From IMG/VR virus record IMGVR_UViG_3300010354_000086, positions 1 through 63,767 of that record: a stretch of 63,767 bases of DNA. The stretch is one strand, 5' to 3'. Of the stretch, positions 49,571-58,392 are shown piece after piece. A program made the translations under genes and the position numbers. The notes under the pieces were generated by a model. It was not told the origin of the DNA, searched no databases, and saw only the letters and a list, made by a program, of their open reading frames with translations. This stretch comes from a virus (lineage: Duplodnaviria > Caudoviricetes). The stretch's first letter is position 1. Each line of letters opens with the position of its first letter.

Positions 49571-51034
49571 GTGACTAATTGTAGACTTATTATTAAAGAC
49601 GAAGTTAATATTAAATTTGAAGGCTTATCGGTCGAGATAAGAAGAAAAATAGCCAATCGATTAAAATATGAGGTACCATATGCAAGACACATGCCTCACT
49701 ATAAGTTAGGTAGATGGGACGGTACTGTAAGCTTTTTCGGGACTGGCGGTACCGGGTATCTAAACCATCTAGATATCATTATAAAAATTTTAGAAGATCA
49801 TGATATTGACATTGATGATATTGCAGATTTAAGAGAATCGCATAACTTTAATTTTCAGACTATTACAGAAAATTACTGGGCAGATCAAGGAAAAGTATGG
49901 CCTGAAGGTCATAGATTTGCTGGGGATCCAATAATACTTAGAGATTATCAATTAGAGGCTATTAATCAATTTATGACAAACCCGCAAGGGTTACAAGAAC
50001 TAGCTACCGGTGCTGGGAAGACTATCATTACTGCTACATTAAGTGCATTATGCGAACCATATGGAAGGACAATAGTTGTAGTTCCTAATAAAAGCCTTGT
50101 AGTTCAAACTGAAGAAGATTATAAAAATGTCGGACTCGATGTTGGAGTATATTTCGGAGATAGAAAAGAGCTTGGGCACACACATACTATTGTTACTTGG
50201 CAGAGTCTTAACGTACTAGACAAGAAAAGACTAGACCAGAATGATGAAGCTCTAATCGATTTAATTAATGATGTTGTATGTGTTATAATTGACGAAGTTC
50301 ATCAAGCGAAGGCAGAAGTTTTAAAGAAATTACTCACTCAGAATTTTTCTCGAGTTCCTATTCGCTGGGGACTTACAGGTACTGTACCTAAGCAAGACTT
50401 TGAATACCAAAGTTTGTTGTCAAGTATCGGTCCTGTAATAAATAGAATCGCTGCACACGAGTTACAGGAAAAAGGAATATTAAGCCAATGTCATGTAAAC
50501 ATTGTTCAACTATTAGACACTAGAGAATTTAAAAATTATCAAGAAGAATTAAAGTATCTAGTCAGTGACAAAGACCGGCTCAATTACATCAGTAATTTGT
50601 GTAATCAAATCAAAGAAAGTGGTAATACTCTTATACTAGTAGATAGAATAGCAGCAGGAGAATTACTAACTGAAGCTATCCCTGACAGTGTTTTTATATC
50701 AGGTGAAATCAAACTTAACGAGCGAAAAGAGCATTACGATGAAATTAAAACTAGTGATAAGAAGGTTATTGTGGCGACTTACGGTGTGGCCGCTGTGGGT
50801 ATTAATATCCCTAGGATTTTTAATTTGGTTCTTTTGGAACCCGGAAAAAGCTTTGTTAGAGTTATACAATCTATTGGACGAGGCATTAGAAAAGCTGAAG
50901 ATAAAGACTTCGTCCAAATCTGGGATATTACATCAACATGTAAATATGCCAAACGGCACTTGGGAGAACGAAAGAAGTTCTACAAAGATGCCAAATATCC
51001 ATTTTCAATCGAGAAAGCAAACTGGCAAACATGA
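49571..51034 (+). CDS. uvsW: SF2 helicase UvsW
   Basis: WDG, LRDYQ, ATGAGKT, DEVH, GLTGT, ATYG..GINI, QSIGRG.R, WDI. Confidence 0.93.
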   Translation: MTNCRLIIKDEVNIKFEGLSVEIRRKIANRLKYEVPYARHMPHYKLGRWDGTVSFFGTGGTGYLNHLDIIIKILEDHDIDIDDIADLRESHNFNFQTITENYWADQGKVWPEGHRFAGDPIILRDYQLEAINQFMTNPQGLQELATGAGKTIITATLSALCEPYGRTIVVVPNKSLVVQTEEDYKNVGLDVGVYFGDRKELGHTHTIVTWQSLNVLDKKRLDQNDEALIDLINDVVCVIIDEVHQAKAEVLKKLLTQNFSRVPIRWGLTGTVPKQDFEYQSLLSSIGPVINRIAAHELQEKGILSQCHVNIVQLLDTREFKNYQEELKYLVSDKDRLNYISNLCNQIKESGNTLILVDRIAAGELLTEAIPDSVFISGEIKLNERKEHYDEIKTSDKKVIVATYGVAAVGINIPRIFNLVLLEPGKSFVRVIQSIGRGIRKAEDKDFVQIWDITSTCKYAKRHLGERKKFYKDAKYPFSIEKANWQT

Positions 51035-51053
51035 AAATATTAACATTAGATGA
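50739..51053 (+). CDS. Candidate overprinted single-pass membrane protein inside uvsW
   Basis: Alternate frame gives MKLKLVIRRLLWRLTVWPLWVLISLGFLIWFFWNPEK..; the uvsW frame uses atypical G/C-ending codons here. Confidence 0.45.
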   Translation: MKLKLVIRRLLWRLTVWPLWVLISLGFLIWFFWNPEKALLELYNLLDEALEKLKIKTSSKSGILHQHVNMPNGTWENERSSTKMPNIHFQSRKQTGKHENINIR

Positions 51054-51537
51054 TCAAGCGTTTGATCTAGATAGGCTACCTAATTCATTTGAAGATGATA
51101 TTAGATTTTCTGTATTAGACAACAGTGATCCACATAATCCTGATTTCTTTTTTATACCATTAATCTTTTTAGAATCATTTAACAGTCCTGGTATAGAATT
51201 AAAGATCGGTAATGAAACAATTATTATGCCAGTTGACTGGCATATTGCTATAGGGTGTGCAGACACTGGAATTGATGTTGAAATTATCCCAATTACAAGT
51301 CTAAACGATCGCGGATTTGAAGCATTCTGTTATAATCCATTATCAGGATTTAAACATGAATTTAAATCAATAGAAATTACTAATGTTTACAATGACTTAA
51401 AGTGGTATTTTCCACGAACAAAGAGTAACCAACTTATAACAACCCCCCTCGATAACAGTAAAAAACCAAGCTGTGCTTTTTTTATTAAAGAAGTATCGAG
51501 GCAATGCGAACTTATTAATTATTCAAAACTGTTATAG
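51031..51537 (+). CDS. Hypothetical protein, possible degenerate Hint-fold
   Basis: Beta-rich 168 aa coupled to the uvsW stop. Confidence 0.6.
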   Translation: MKILTLDDQAFDLDRLPNSFEDDIRFSVLDNSDPHNPDFFFIPLIFLESFNSPGIELKIGNETIIMPVDWHIAIGCADTGIDVEIIPITSLNDRGFEAFCYNPLSGFKHEFKSIEITNVYNDLKWYFPRTKSNQLITTPLDNSKKPSCAFFIKEVSRQCELINYSKLL

Positions 51538-51546
51538 AGATTTATT

Positions 51547-51891
51547 ATGATATCAGGCAAAGTATGGGGCAATACAGAACTTGTAGAAGCCAATAGTGTA
51601 TTAGAGTTTCATCGCATTAATATTAAAGAAGGAGGTGTTTGTAGCAAACACAAACACAAACACAAATGGAATGGATTCTTTGTGGAACGAGGTAGTTTAC
51701 TTATAAGAGTATGGAAGAACAACTATGACTTAATAGATGAAACTATATTACGAGATGGTATGTATACTAAGGTAGCTCCAGGTGAATATCATCAATTTGA
51801 AGCACTTAAAGATACAGTGGCCTATGAACTTTATTGGGCTCAATTTGACCATGACGACATTGAAAGAGAAACGGTAGGTTATAGTAAATGA
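51547..51891 (+). CDS. Cupin protein (sugar isomerase/epimerase-like)
   Basis: KVWG, CSKH.H..K.N.F.V..G, V.PGEYHQF.A. Confidence 0.8.
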   Translation: MISGKVWGNTELVEANSVLEFHRINIKEGGVCSKHKHKHKWNGFFVERGSLLIRVWKNNYDLIDETILRDGMYTKVAPGEYHQFEALKDTVAYELYWAQFDHDDIERETVGYSK

Positions 51892-52667
51892 AGGTAGGAA
51901 TAGTTGGATACGGATGGATTGGAAAAGCAACTCACAAGCTATTTCCAAATGCTCAAATCTACGATAAATTTATTGAAGAATACAATCGCCCATTAGTTAA
52001 TTGTGATATTGCGTTTTTAGCAGTGCCGACACCATGCAACGATAACTTTGATCTCGATTGCAGCGCAGTAGAGGATGCCATTAGACATTGTGGATGTAAT
52101 TTTATCGTTATTAGATCTGCAACTCAGCCTGGGTTTGCAGATAGTATGGCTAAAAAATATCCTGATAAGAAGATTGTAGTCCAACCAGAATATCTAGGTG
52201 AAACTCCAAATCATCCATTCTTACAAATGGAATCTCGACAATTTATGATTATCGGTGGAGATCCTGAAGATCGACGAAGAGTTATTGAGTGTTATCAACA
52301 GGCATATAATGCCACTGTGTCTATACGACAAGTATCTAGGTATGAAGCTGAAATAATTAAAATTACAGAAAATAGAGCAGCATTTTATAAAATAATTCAA
52401 TGTCAAGAACTGTATGATACTTGTGAAGCTGCTGGTATAGACTACTATACTGTTCGAGATGCTGTTTACGGGGACGACCCTCGATTAAACCTTTGGTGGA
52501 CTTTTATATATCCTAAAAATAGAGGTGCTAATAGTAAATGTATTCCAAAAGATGTCTATGCTTGGTGTGCCTGGGCTGAAAGCCTCGGTATCAATCCCGA
52601 AGCGACTAGATCATTACTAAATTATAATCAAACCCTTATTAAGAGAAGCATTCATGGGCTCTCTTAA
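51888..52667 (+). CDS. UDP-glucose/GDP-mannose dehydrogenase family (short form)
   Basis: VGIVGYGWIG, FLAVPTP, IRS, PEYL.E, AE..K..EN, D.R, CIPKD. Confidence 0.85.
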   Translation: MKVGIVGYGWIGKATHKLFPNAQIYDKFIEEYNRPLVNCDIAFLAVPTPCNDNFDLDCSAVEDAIRHCGCNFIVIRSATQPGFADSMAKKYPDKKIVVQPEYLGETPNHPFLQMESRQFMIIGGDPEDRRRVIECYQQAYNATVSIRQVSRYEAEIIKITENRAAFYKIIQCQELYDTCEAAGIDYYTVRDAVYGDDPRLNLWWTFIYPKNRGANSKCIPKDVYAWCAWAESLGINPEATRSLLNYNQTLIKRSIHGLS

Positions 52668-52896
52668 ACCAGGTGCAACCTATATCTATGAAGAAGCCGA
52701 TGGGGTTACCTATGCAAGAGAATTTGGGTCGCCTTCGTCGGAAAGATTTGAAATAGGTCGATCTATTGGAAGATTAGATCTAGATGAACAGAAATTATGG
52801 AATGAGATAAGATTAGCCAGCAAGACTGATCCAGTCTTGCGAAAGTATGTAGAGCGTGTTATACTAATATATCAACTAGGCAAAAATCATGAGTGA
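52654..52896 (+). CDS. Hypothetical protein
   Basis: 80-aa ORF overlapping both neighbours. Confidence 0.6.
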   Translation: MGSLKPGATYIYEEADGVTYAREFGSPSSERFEIGRSIGRLDLDEQKLWNEIRLASKTDPVLRKYVERVILIYQLGKNHE

Positions 52897-53350
52897 TAAA
52901 TTAACATTAAGAGAAATTATAGCAGCAACAGACTTTAAAGCATTTGATCTTTGGGATGAAGTGACACCAGAACAAAGAAAGTCGATTCCTATGTACCTAC
53001 TAGTAAGATATTGCAGTTTAAAAAAAGGTACTAAAGAAGAACAGATTAAAAATATTAAAAGGGTTAATGAACGATTGAATAAGAACTTTTTTAACTTATC
53101 TAAGCATCCGAAACTTCAGTGGCAATTGGCATGCGCCAGCTCAATTTCACCTAAGAAAGAACGAGGGTTCGAATGGGTAGGATACAAGAAATCGGAAGGC
53201 AATAAAAGACAAAAATTTATCGAAGCACTATTTCCCTACTATAAGCAAGACGAACTAGATCTTATGAATAAAATATTATCCGATGAAGATCTAAAAAATA
53301 GAGCAAGAGACCTAGGATATGAAGAGTCAGAAATCAAGAAACTCTTATGA
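52889..53350 (+). CDS. Putative clamp-loader small subunit, gp62-like
   Basis: Y...R..S..N..N..HPKLQW..W pattern and size; replication context. Confidence 0.5.
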   Translation: MSDKLTLREIIAATDFKAFDLWDEVTPEQRKSIPMYLLVRYCSLKKGTKEEQIKNIKRVNERLNKNFFNLSKHPKLQWQLACASSISPKKERGFEWVGYKKSEGNKRQKFIEALFPYYKQDELDLMNKILSDEDLKNRARDLGYEESEIKKLL

Positions 53351-54081
53351 TGGACTTAACAGTCTTTAAAAAAAACAAGGTAAAATTTAAATTGACTCCT
53401 GTTGATGCTCCATATGTTTGCCAGTTTTGTAATAAAAAATTTGTTAAAGAAAAAACATTAACAGTGCATGTCTGCGAGAAAAAACGACGTCATTTAAGTA
53501 AACATGAGAAACATGTACAGATTGGCTATGATGTCTATAATAAATTTTTTCAATTAAATCAAAACACTAAAGGCAATAAAACATATGACGAATTTGCCGA
53601 AAGTCAGTATTATAATGCTTTTGTAAAATTCGGAAGCTTTATTAACAATGTAAACCCATTATATCCAGATAATTATACTAGTTGGATTGTCAGAAGTGGA
53701 ATTAAGCTTGATCATTGGTGTAGAGAAGAGCACTATTATCTATATTTAGAAGATCTAGTTTTTAAGGAATCTGCCGAAACAGCACTTGAGAGAGCAATAA
53801 AAACCATGGTGACATGGTCTGAAGAAAATAATAGTCAATGGAATCATTATTTTAAGTATGTTAGCCCAACTAGAGCGGCATATGATATAAAAGAAGGCAA
53901 GATTACAGGATGGCTTATTTTTAATTGCAATACTGGCAAAAACATGCTTGCGAGGCTTAACGATGAACAACTTTCTATGGTTGAAAATATTTTAGATCCA
54001 AAAAAATGGATTAAAAAGTTTAGTGTTCAACCAGCTGATATCATCTTAATTAAAGATATTGTAAACTCAAGTAATTTATAA
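53347..54081 (+). CDS. Hypothetical protein with N-terminal zinc finger
   Basis: YVCQFCNKKF..L.VHVC motif. Confidence 0.65.
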   Translation: MMDLTVFKKNKVKFKLTPVDAPYVCQFCNKKFVKEKTLTVHVCEKKRRHLSKHEKHVQIGYDVYNKFFQLNQNTKGNKTYDEFAESQYYNAFVKFGSFINNVNPLYPDNYTSWIVRSGIKLDHWCREEHYYLYLEDLVFKESAETALERAIKTMVTWSEENNSQWNHYFKYVSPTRAAYDIKEGKITGWLIFNCNTGKNMLARLNDEQLSMVENILDPKKWIKKFSVQPADIILIKDIVNSSNL

Positions 54082-54665
54082 TGGATATTGATATTGATTT
54101 TGTTGATCGTGCATCAGCTCTAAAAATTTTTAAGCATGTAATAGCTTCAAGACTTGATGCTTCAGGAAAACTAACACCGCATAATACTGGGATATATGTA
54201 CAAGAGATTCCTAGAGATCTCTTAAATAATCTATCCACTATTGATTATAAAACAGCCGAAGACCGAGGGTATTTTAAAATTGATTTTCTTAATGCCAGTG
54301 TATACTCAGGAATAAAAGATAAAAAGCATTTAAAAAAACTAATGGAAGAGGAACCTTTATGGACTTTATTACTAAAAGACGAGTTTACGGATCTACTATT
54401 TCATTTGAACGGGCACGGGGATATTCTGAGGAAGACCTGCCCTACTTCCGTGGAACAATTAGCTGCCGTCCTAGCTATGATACGCCCGGCCAAGCGACAT
54501 TTGATTGGGAAGAACTGGCCGGAGATTATGAAGGAAGTTTGGACGAAACCGGCTACTAACGAGTACTATTTCAAAAAGTCACATGCTATTGCATATGCTC
54601 AAGCAATTATTGTGCAAATGAATCTAATAGTAGAAACAGCTACAATAGAAAATAGTTCTAGTTAA
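54081..54665 (+). CDS. Miniature DNA polymerase III alpha (DnaE)-like protein
   Basis: DIDIDF, HNTGIYV, GYFKIDFL, LAMIRP and YYFKKSHAIAYA in DnaE order within 194 aa. Confidence 0.8.
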   Translation: MDIDIDFVDRASALKIFKHVIASRLDASGKLTPHNTGIYVQEIPRDLLNNLSTIDYKTAEDRGYFKIDFLNASVYSGIKDKKHLKKLMEEEPLWTLLLKDEFTDLLFHLNGHGDILRKTCPTSVEQLAAVLAMIRPAKRHLIGKNWPEIMKEVWTKPATNEYYFKKSHAIAYAQAIIVQMNLIVETATIENSSS

Positions 54666-55027
54666 GATTTACGAACTAACTGTACTATTTTTCTTTTAAT
54701 TCTTCTATTAGCAAGATTTGTAAGACTTGTAGTAGGGCCAAAAACCACTTGTACATCTTTAGTATTAAATGTCTTTTGGCAGTACCTAAAGGGCTCGATA
54801 TCTATTCTTAGAAATATATTGATAGGAATATATCTATTACTTTCCCACCACCATATTTCTCCTAGCTCAAGGAATCTTCTTTTCTCGTCGTCGGTTTTTA
54901 TAATACCGTAGTCGTAGAAACTAGTGATTGCATGATCTTGATTGATAATGATACCTATATACTCAATATCACCATAGTTAACTACGGAGATGAACGGAAA
55001 ATTTTCTTTAATGTCGCTTAATTTCAT
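54662..55027 (-). CDS. Hypothetical protein
   Basis: 121 aa with FPF..Y.GII.N.D..WWWESNR.IPINIFL; fills the gap between convergent and divergent genes. Confidence 0.7.
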   Translation of the reverse strand: MKLSDIKENFPFISVVNYGDIEYIGIIINQDHAITSFYDYGIIKTDDEKRRFLELGEIWWWESNRYIPINIFLRIDIEPFRYCQKTFNTKDVQVVFGPTTSLTNLANRRIKRKIVQLVRKS

Positions 55028-55044
55028 TTAAAAATAAATACTCT

Positions 55045-55803
55045 ATGCTCAAAATACCAATTTATTTATTACCTAACCGGATCAAGGTTGTAGCTTCTTT
55101 GAGCGAATCACGAACGGAGTTTCGTCAAGTGTATCAACGAAAAATTAAACTTTATAAAGGTATTGATAATAACCTTGAATTTCAAGTCAAAAACAACGAT
55201 CAAAAACCAGTCGATATCAGTGTCTATACTGCTACTTTAGTCTTGCTTGATCAAGATCAAAATCTTATTTTACAAAAAGACGGAACTGGTGATAGTACTT
55301 TAGGTACTCTTAACTTTGTTGTTACTGCTAGCGAACTAGAGCAAATTGATCAACAGTACCTTCTGAATACTGTTTATCTAACTCACAATTCAACTAATGA
55401 GTCTATTCTTGTTTATACTGACACACAATACAACGCTAGCGGAACTGTGGAGATTATAGATTCGAGTTTTCCTAGACCAAGAGCTGCACAAGTAGTATCT
55501 GTGTTTAATTCTGATTTGAACAATGTTTTTACCAGTGAAGCTGTTGAATTGCAGAATTCCATTGGTGGAAATGATGCTACTACAACTATTGCATTTTATG
55601 CAGACTTAGATGACAATGTTGAAATATGGGCAACGATTGATCCTAGTTCTAACGATAGTTCTACAGTATGGAGCAAGATTTCCGAAATCAATCTACTAGG
55701 AAGTACACTTACCTATACTAACATAACTGGAAATTATACTTTTATTCGTTTCAAGTATAACGGGGATTACGGAACTATTGAAAAAGTTCTGGTTAGAAAT
55801 TAA
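55045..55803 (+). CDS. Putative virion structural protein (Ig-like N-terminus)
   Basis: LYKGIDN.L.F..KN.DQKPVD motif, beta-rich; ATAAATA 55034-55040 lies 4 nt before the ATG. Confidence 0.6.
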   Translation: MLKIPIYLLPNRIKVVASLSESRTEFRQVYQRKIKLYKGIDNNLEFQVKNNDQKPVDISVYTATLVLLDQDQNLILQKDGTGDSTLGTLNFVVTASELEQIDQQYLLNTVYLTHNSTNESILVYTDTQYNASGTVEIIDSSFPRPRAAQVVSVFNSDLNNVFTSEAVELQNSIGGNDATTTIAFYADLDDNVEIWATIDPSSNDSSTVWSKISEINLLGSTLTYTNITGNYTFIRFKYNGDYGTIEKVLVRN

Positions 55804-55804
55804 T

Positions 55805-55833
55805 TTGATATCTGTATAAATTCATGTTATAAT
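55805..55833 (+). promoter_or_regulatory. Sigma70 promoter for primase
   Basis: TTGATA-N17-TATAAT with extended TGn; ATG 5 nt downstream. Confidence 0.75.
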
Positions 55834-55838
55834 AGTGC

Positions 55839-56819
55839 ATGAGTTTAATTGTCGAGACAGTTAGTAGTTTTCTACCTCCTAAGAGAAAATCTACTCCAAG
55901 TGGCTGGATCAGCTTTGATGCTGTATGCTGTCATCACAATGGACAATCTCCCGACAAAAGAAAGAGGGGAGGGCTGATGATAACTGAAGGAGTTAGTTAT
56001 CACTGCTTTAATTGCGGATTTAAGTCAAGTTGGCATCCAGGAAGGACTGTATCAGCTAAATTTAAAAAACTATTAACATGGCTGTCAGTTCCAGATGATC
56101 TAGTTAATAGATGCATATTCGACGCTCTACGATCTAAAGAAGAACAAGAGAGTCAACCTAATAATATAATTCCACAGTTTTTTGAAAATGCTTTACCAAT
56201 TGGTAGCTTTCCTCTATTAGAATGGATAAAAGATCCGCCAAATGAACTAGCACCAATTCTTGAATATCTCCTTGCTAGAAAATTAGAACTTGATGATTTT
56301 AACTGGCATTGGACTAACGAAGAAGGATTTAACGATCGGTTAATTATACCATTTTATAATCAAGGGAAGATTGTAGGATACACTGCTCGAAAAATAGTAG
56401 AAGGGAAGCCTAAATATATTGCTAGTCAACAACCTCATTATGTGTTTAACTTAGATAATCAAGTTAACAGTAAAAAGATTTTATTCTTAACTGAAGGACC
56501 TATTGATGCAATTTTTCTCGACGGAGTTAGTGTTAACAGCAATGAAATTAGCAGTCAGCAAGCTTGGCAAATTAATAGATTAAATAAGTCAGTAGTAGTT
56601 GTACCTGATAGAGATCGTGCTAGTTTAACTCTAATCGAGCAGGCGCTAAAACAAAATTGGTCAGTAAGTTTACCGGATTGGTATGATGAAGGAATTAAAG
56701 ATGTAAATGATGCGGTGTTAAAATATGGAAGATTATTTACCTACACGCATATATACAAATCTATCGAGCACAATCCTACAAAAATCAAAATAAGGATCAA
56801 ATCATGGTTAAAAAAATAA
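55839..56819 (+). CDS. gp61: DNA primase, gp61-like
   Basis: Zn-binding CC..YHCFNCG, RLIIPF, GYTAR, PKY, TOPRIM EGPIDA, PD.D, KDVNDA. Confidence 0.9.
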   Translation: MSLIVETVSSFLPPKRKSTPSGWISFDAVCCHHNGQSPDKRKRGGLMITEGVSYHCFNCGFKSSWHPGRTVSAKFKKLLTWLSVPDDLVNRCIFDALRSKEEQESQPNNIIPQFFENALPIGSFPLLEWIKDPPNELAPILEYLLARKLELDDFNWHWTNEEGFNDRLIIPFYNQGKIVGYTARKIVEGKPKYIASQQPHYVFNLDNQVNSKKILFLTEGPIDAIFLDGVSVNSNEISSQQAWQINRLNKSVVVVPDRDRASLTLIEQALKQNWSVSLPDWYDEGIKDVNDAVLKYGRLFTYTHIYKSIEHNPTKIKIRIKSWLKK

Positions 56820-56920
56820 TAGATATAATACTTCGCCCCTATTACCGATGGAAGAAAAAACAAGAATATAAAAAGAGAATTGAAGAGTTGAAAAAACGAG
56901 ATCCTTTTATTTACAAATGA
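56804..56920 (+). CDS. Small basic 38-aa protein (below ORF-track cutoff)
   Basis: SD TAAGGA; MVKKIIDIILRPYYRWKKKQEYKKRIEELKKRDPFIYK; ATGA-coupled to the next gene. Confidence 0.7.
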   Translation: MVKKIIDIILRPYYRWKKKQEYKKRIEELKKRDPFIYK

Positions 56921-58389
56921 TTATTTGGGGAATTTCGGCTAACAGCCACGATGCTGCTCTTTCTGTCTGGCACGATAAAACAATTAAGTTTGCTGCTCAT
57001 AGTGAACGCTACAGCAAGATAAAAAATGACGGCAACCTGCATCCTGATCTAATCCGTGAAGCAGAGTATTGGGGTAAACCAGATCTTATAGTCTGGTATG
57101 AAAATCCTTTACTGAAAACATTTAGACAATTTACAGCAGGCCAAGGTTGGAACTGGAAAGAAAATAATATTAAACAGTATCTAAAAAAATATAATATAGA
57201 TGCTCCAGTTTGTACAGGTTCTCATCACCAAAGCCATGCTGCTGCTGGATATTATACTAGTAAATTTAATAATGCTACAATAATTTGTATAGATAGTATC
57301 GGAGAGTATGAAACACTGACTATATGGAAGGGAATAGGATCAAATCTTAACAAGTGGTACAGTCAAAGTTATCCGCATAGCATCGGTCTGTGGTACAGTG
57401 CTATGACACAGCGCATAGGTCTCAAACCTAATGAAGAAGAATATATTCTTATGGGAATGGCTGCATACGGCAAGCCTTATAGGCTATATAATTCAATATT
57501 AGAAGATTTTTTCAAAAGTCTAACCGCTCCAGAAATTAAATTTAAACATAACTTACATAAAGGTTGCAAATGGTGGCGTCCTGATCTAACCACTGAACAG
57601 GATATGTTCGATATAGCAGCCGCTACACAAACTGTGTATACTGATATATTAAAATCTATAACTACTTACGCACGAATAAATCTATCAAGTGAGAATCTAA
57701 TCCTTATGGGAGGATGTGCCCTTAACTGTTCTGCTAACAGCGAAATTACCAAAGACTGGAACAATGTTTGGATCATGCCTAACCCTGGAGACGCAGGTAG
57801 TTCATTAGGAAGCGTCTGTGGATATTTTCAAGAAAAGGTTAATTGGCCAGGACCTTACTTAGGATCAGACTTAGGTGGACCGTATCCTTCGGAAGAAGTT
57901 ATAAAAGAACTAATAAGATCTAAGATAACAGGCGTAGCCAATGGGCGGGCTGAGTTTGGACCAAGAGCACTAGGGCACCGTAGTCTTTTAGCAGATCCAC
58001 GGGGATCAGATATTAAAGACCGTGTAAATGCTATTAAACAAAGACAAAAATTTAGACCTTTTGCGCCTGCTATTTTAGAAGAACATGTTGAAGATTATTT
58101 TTATATGCCCGAAAATATAACACATAGTCCTTACATGCAGTTTGTGGCGAGATGTAGACAACCTGATCAGTTTCCTGCTATAATTCATGCAGATGGTACT
58201 AGTAGAGTGCAGACTGTGGGCAAACAGGATAGTCCGGGTTTTAGATATCTATTAGAGCAATGGTATGAAGAAACTGGTTGCCCTATGTTATTAAACACTA
58301 GTCTAAACATTAAAGGACAACCAATGGTTAATGATAAAAACGATGCTGATCAATTTGAAAAATATTACAATGTAAAGGTATTCACATAA
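56917..58389 (+). CDS. Carbamoyltransferase (NodU/CmcH/TobZ family)
   Basis: HDAA, ERYS..K, HH.SHAA, D.IGE, E..LMG.A.YG, GGCALN, GDAG, EFGPRALG.RS, KQRQ.FRPFAP, H.DGT.RVQT, LLNTSLN..G.P. Confidence 0.95.
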   Translation: MIIWGISANSHDAALSVWHDKTIKFAAHSERYSKIKNDGNLHPDLIREAEYWGKPDLIVWYENPLLKTFRQFTAGQGWNWKENNIKQYLKKYNIDAPVCTGSHHQSHAAAGYYTSKFNNATIICIDSIGEYETLTIWKGIGSNLNKWYSQSYPHSIGLWYSAMTQRIGLKPNEEEYILMGMAAYGKPYRLYNSILEDFFKSLTAPEIKFKHNLHKGCKWWRPDLTTEQDMFDIAAATQTVYTDILKSITTYARINLSSENLILMGGCALNCSANSEITKDWNNVWIMPNPGDAGSSLGSVCGYFQEKVNWPGPYLGSDLGGPYPSEEVIKELIRSKITGVANGRAEFGPRALGHRSLLADPRGSDIKDRVNAIKQRQKFRPFAPAILEEHVEDYFYMPENITHSPYMQFVARCRQPDQFPAIIHADGTSRVQTVGKQDSPGFRYLLEQWYEETGCPMLLNTSLNIKGQPMVNDKNDADQFEKYYNVKVFT

Positions 58390-58392
58390 TTT

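Noticed and set aside
54081-54665. Mini-dnaE as a pseudogene or one half of a split-intein polymerase
   Set aside because: Motifs from distant parts of DnaE are joined in one intact ORF, with no intein ends and no adjacent remnants.
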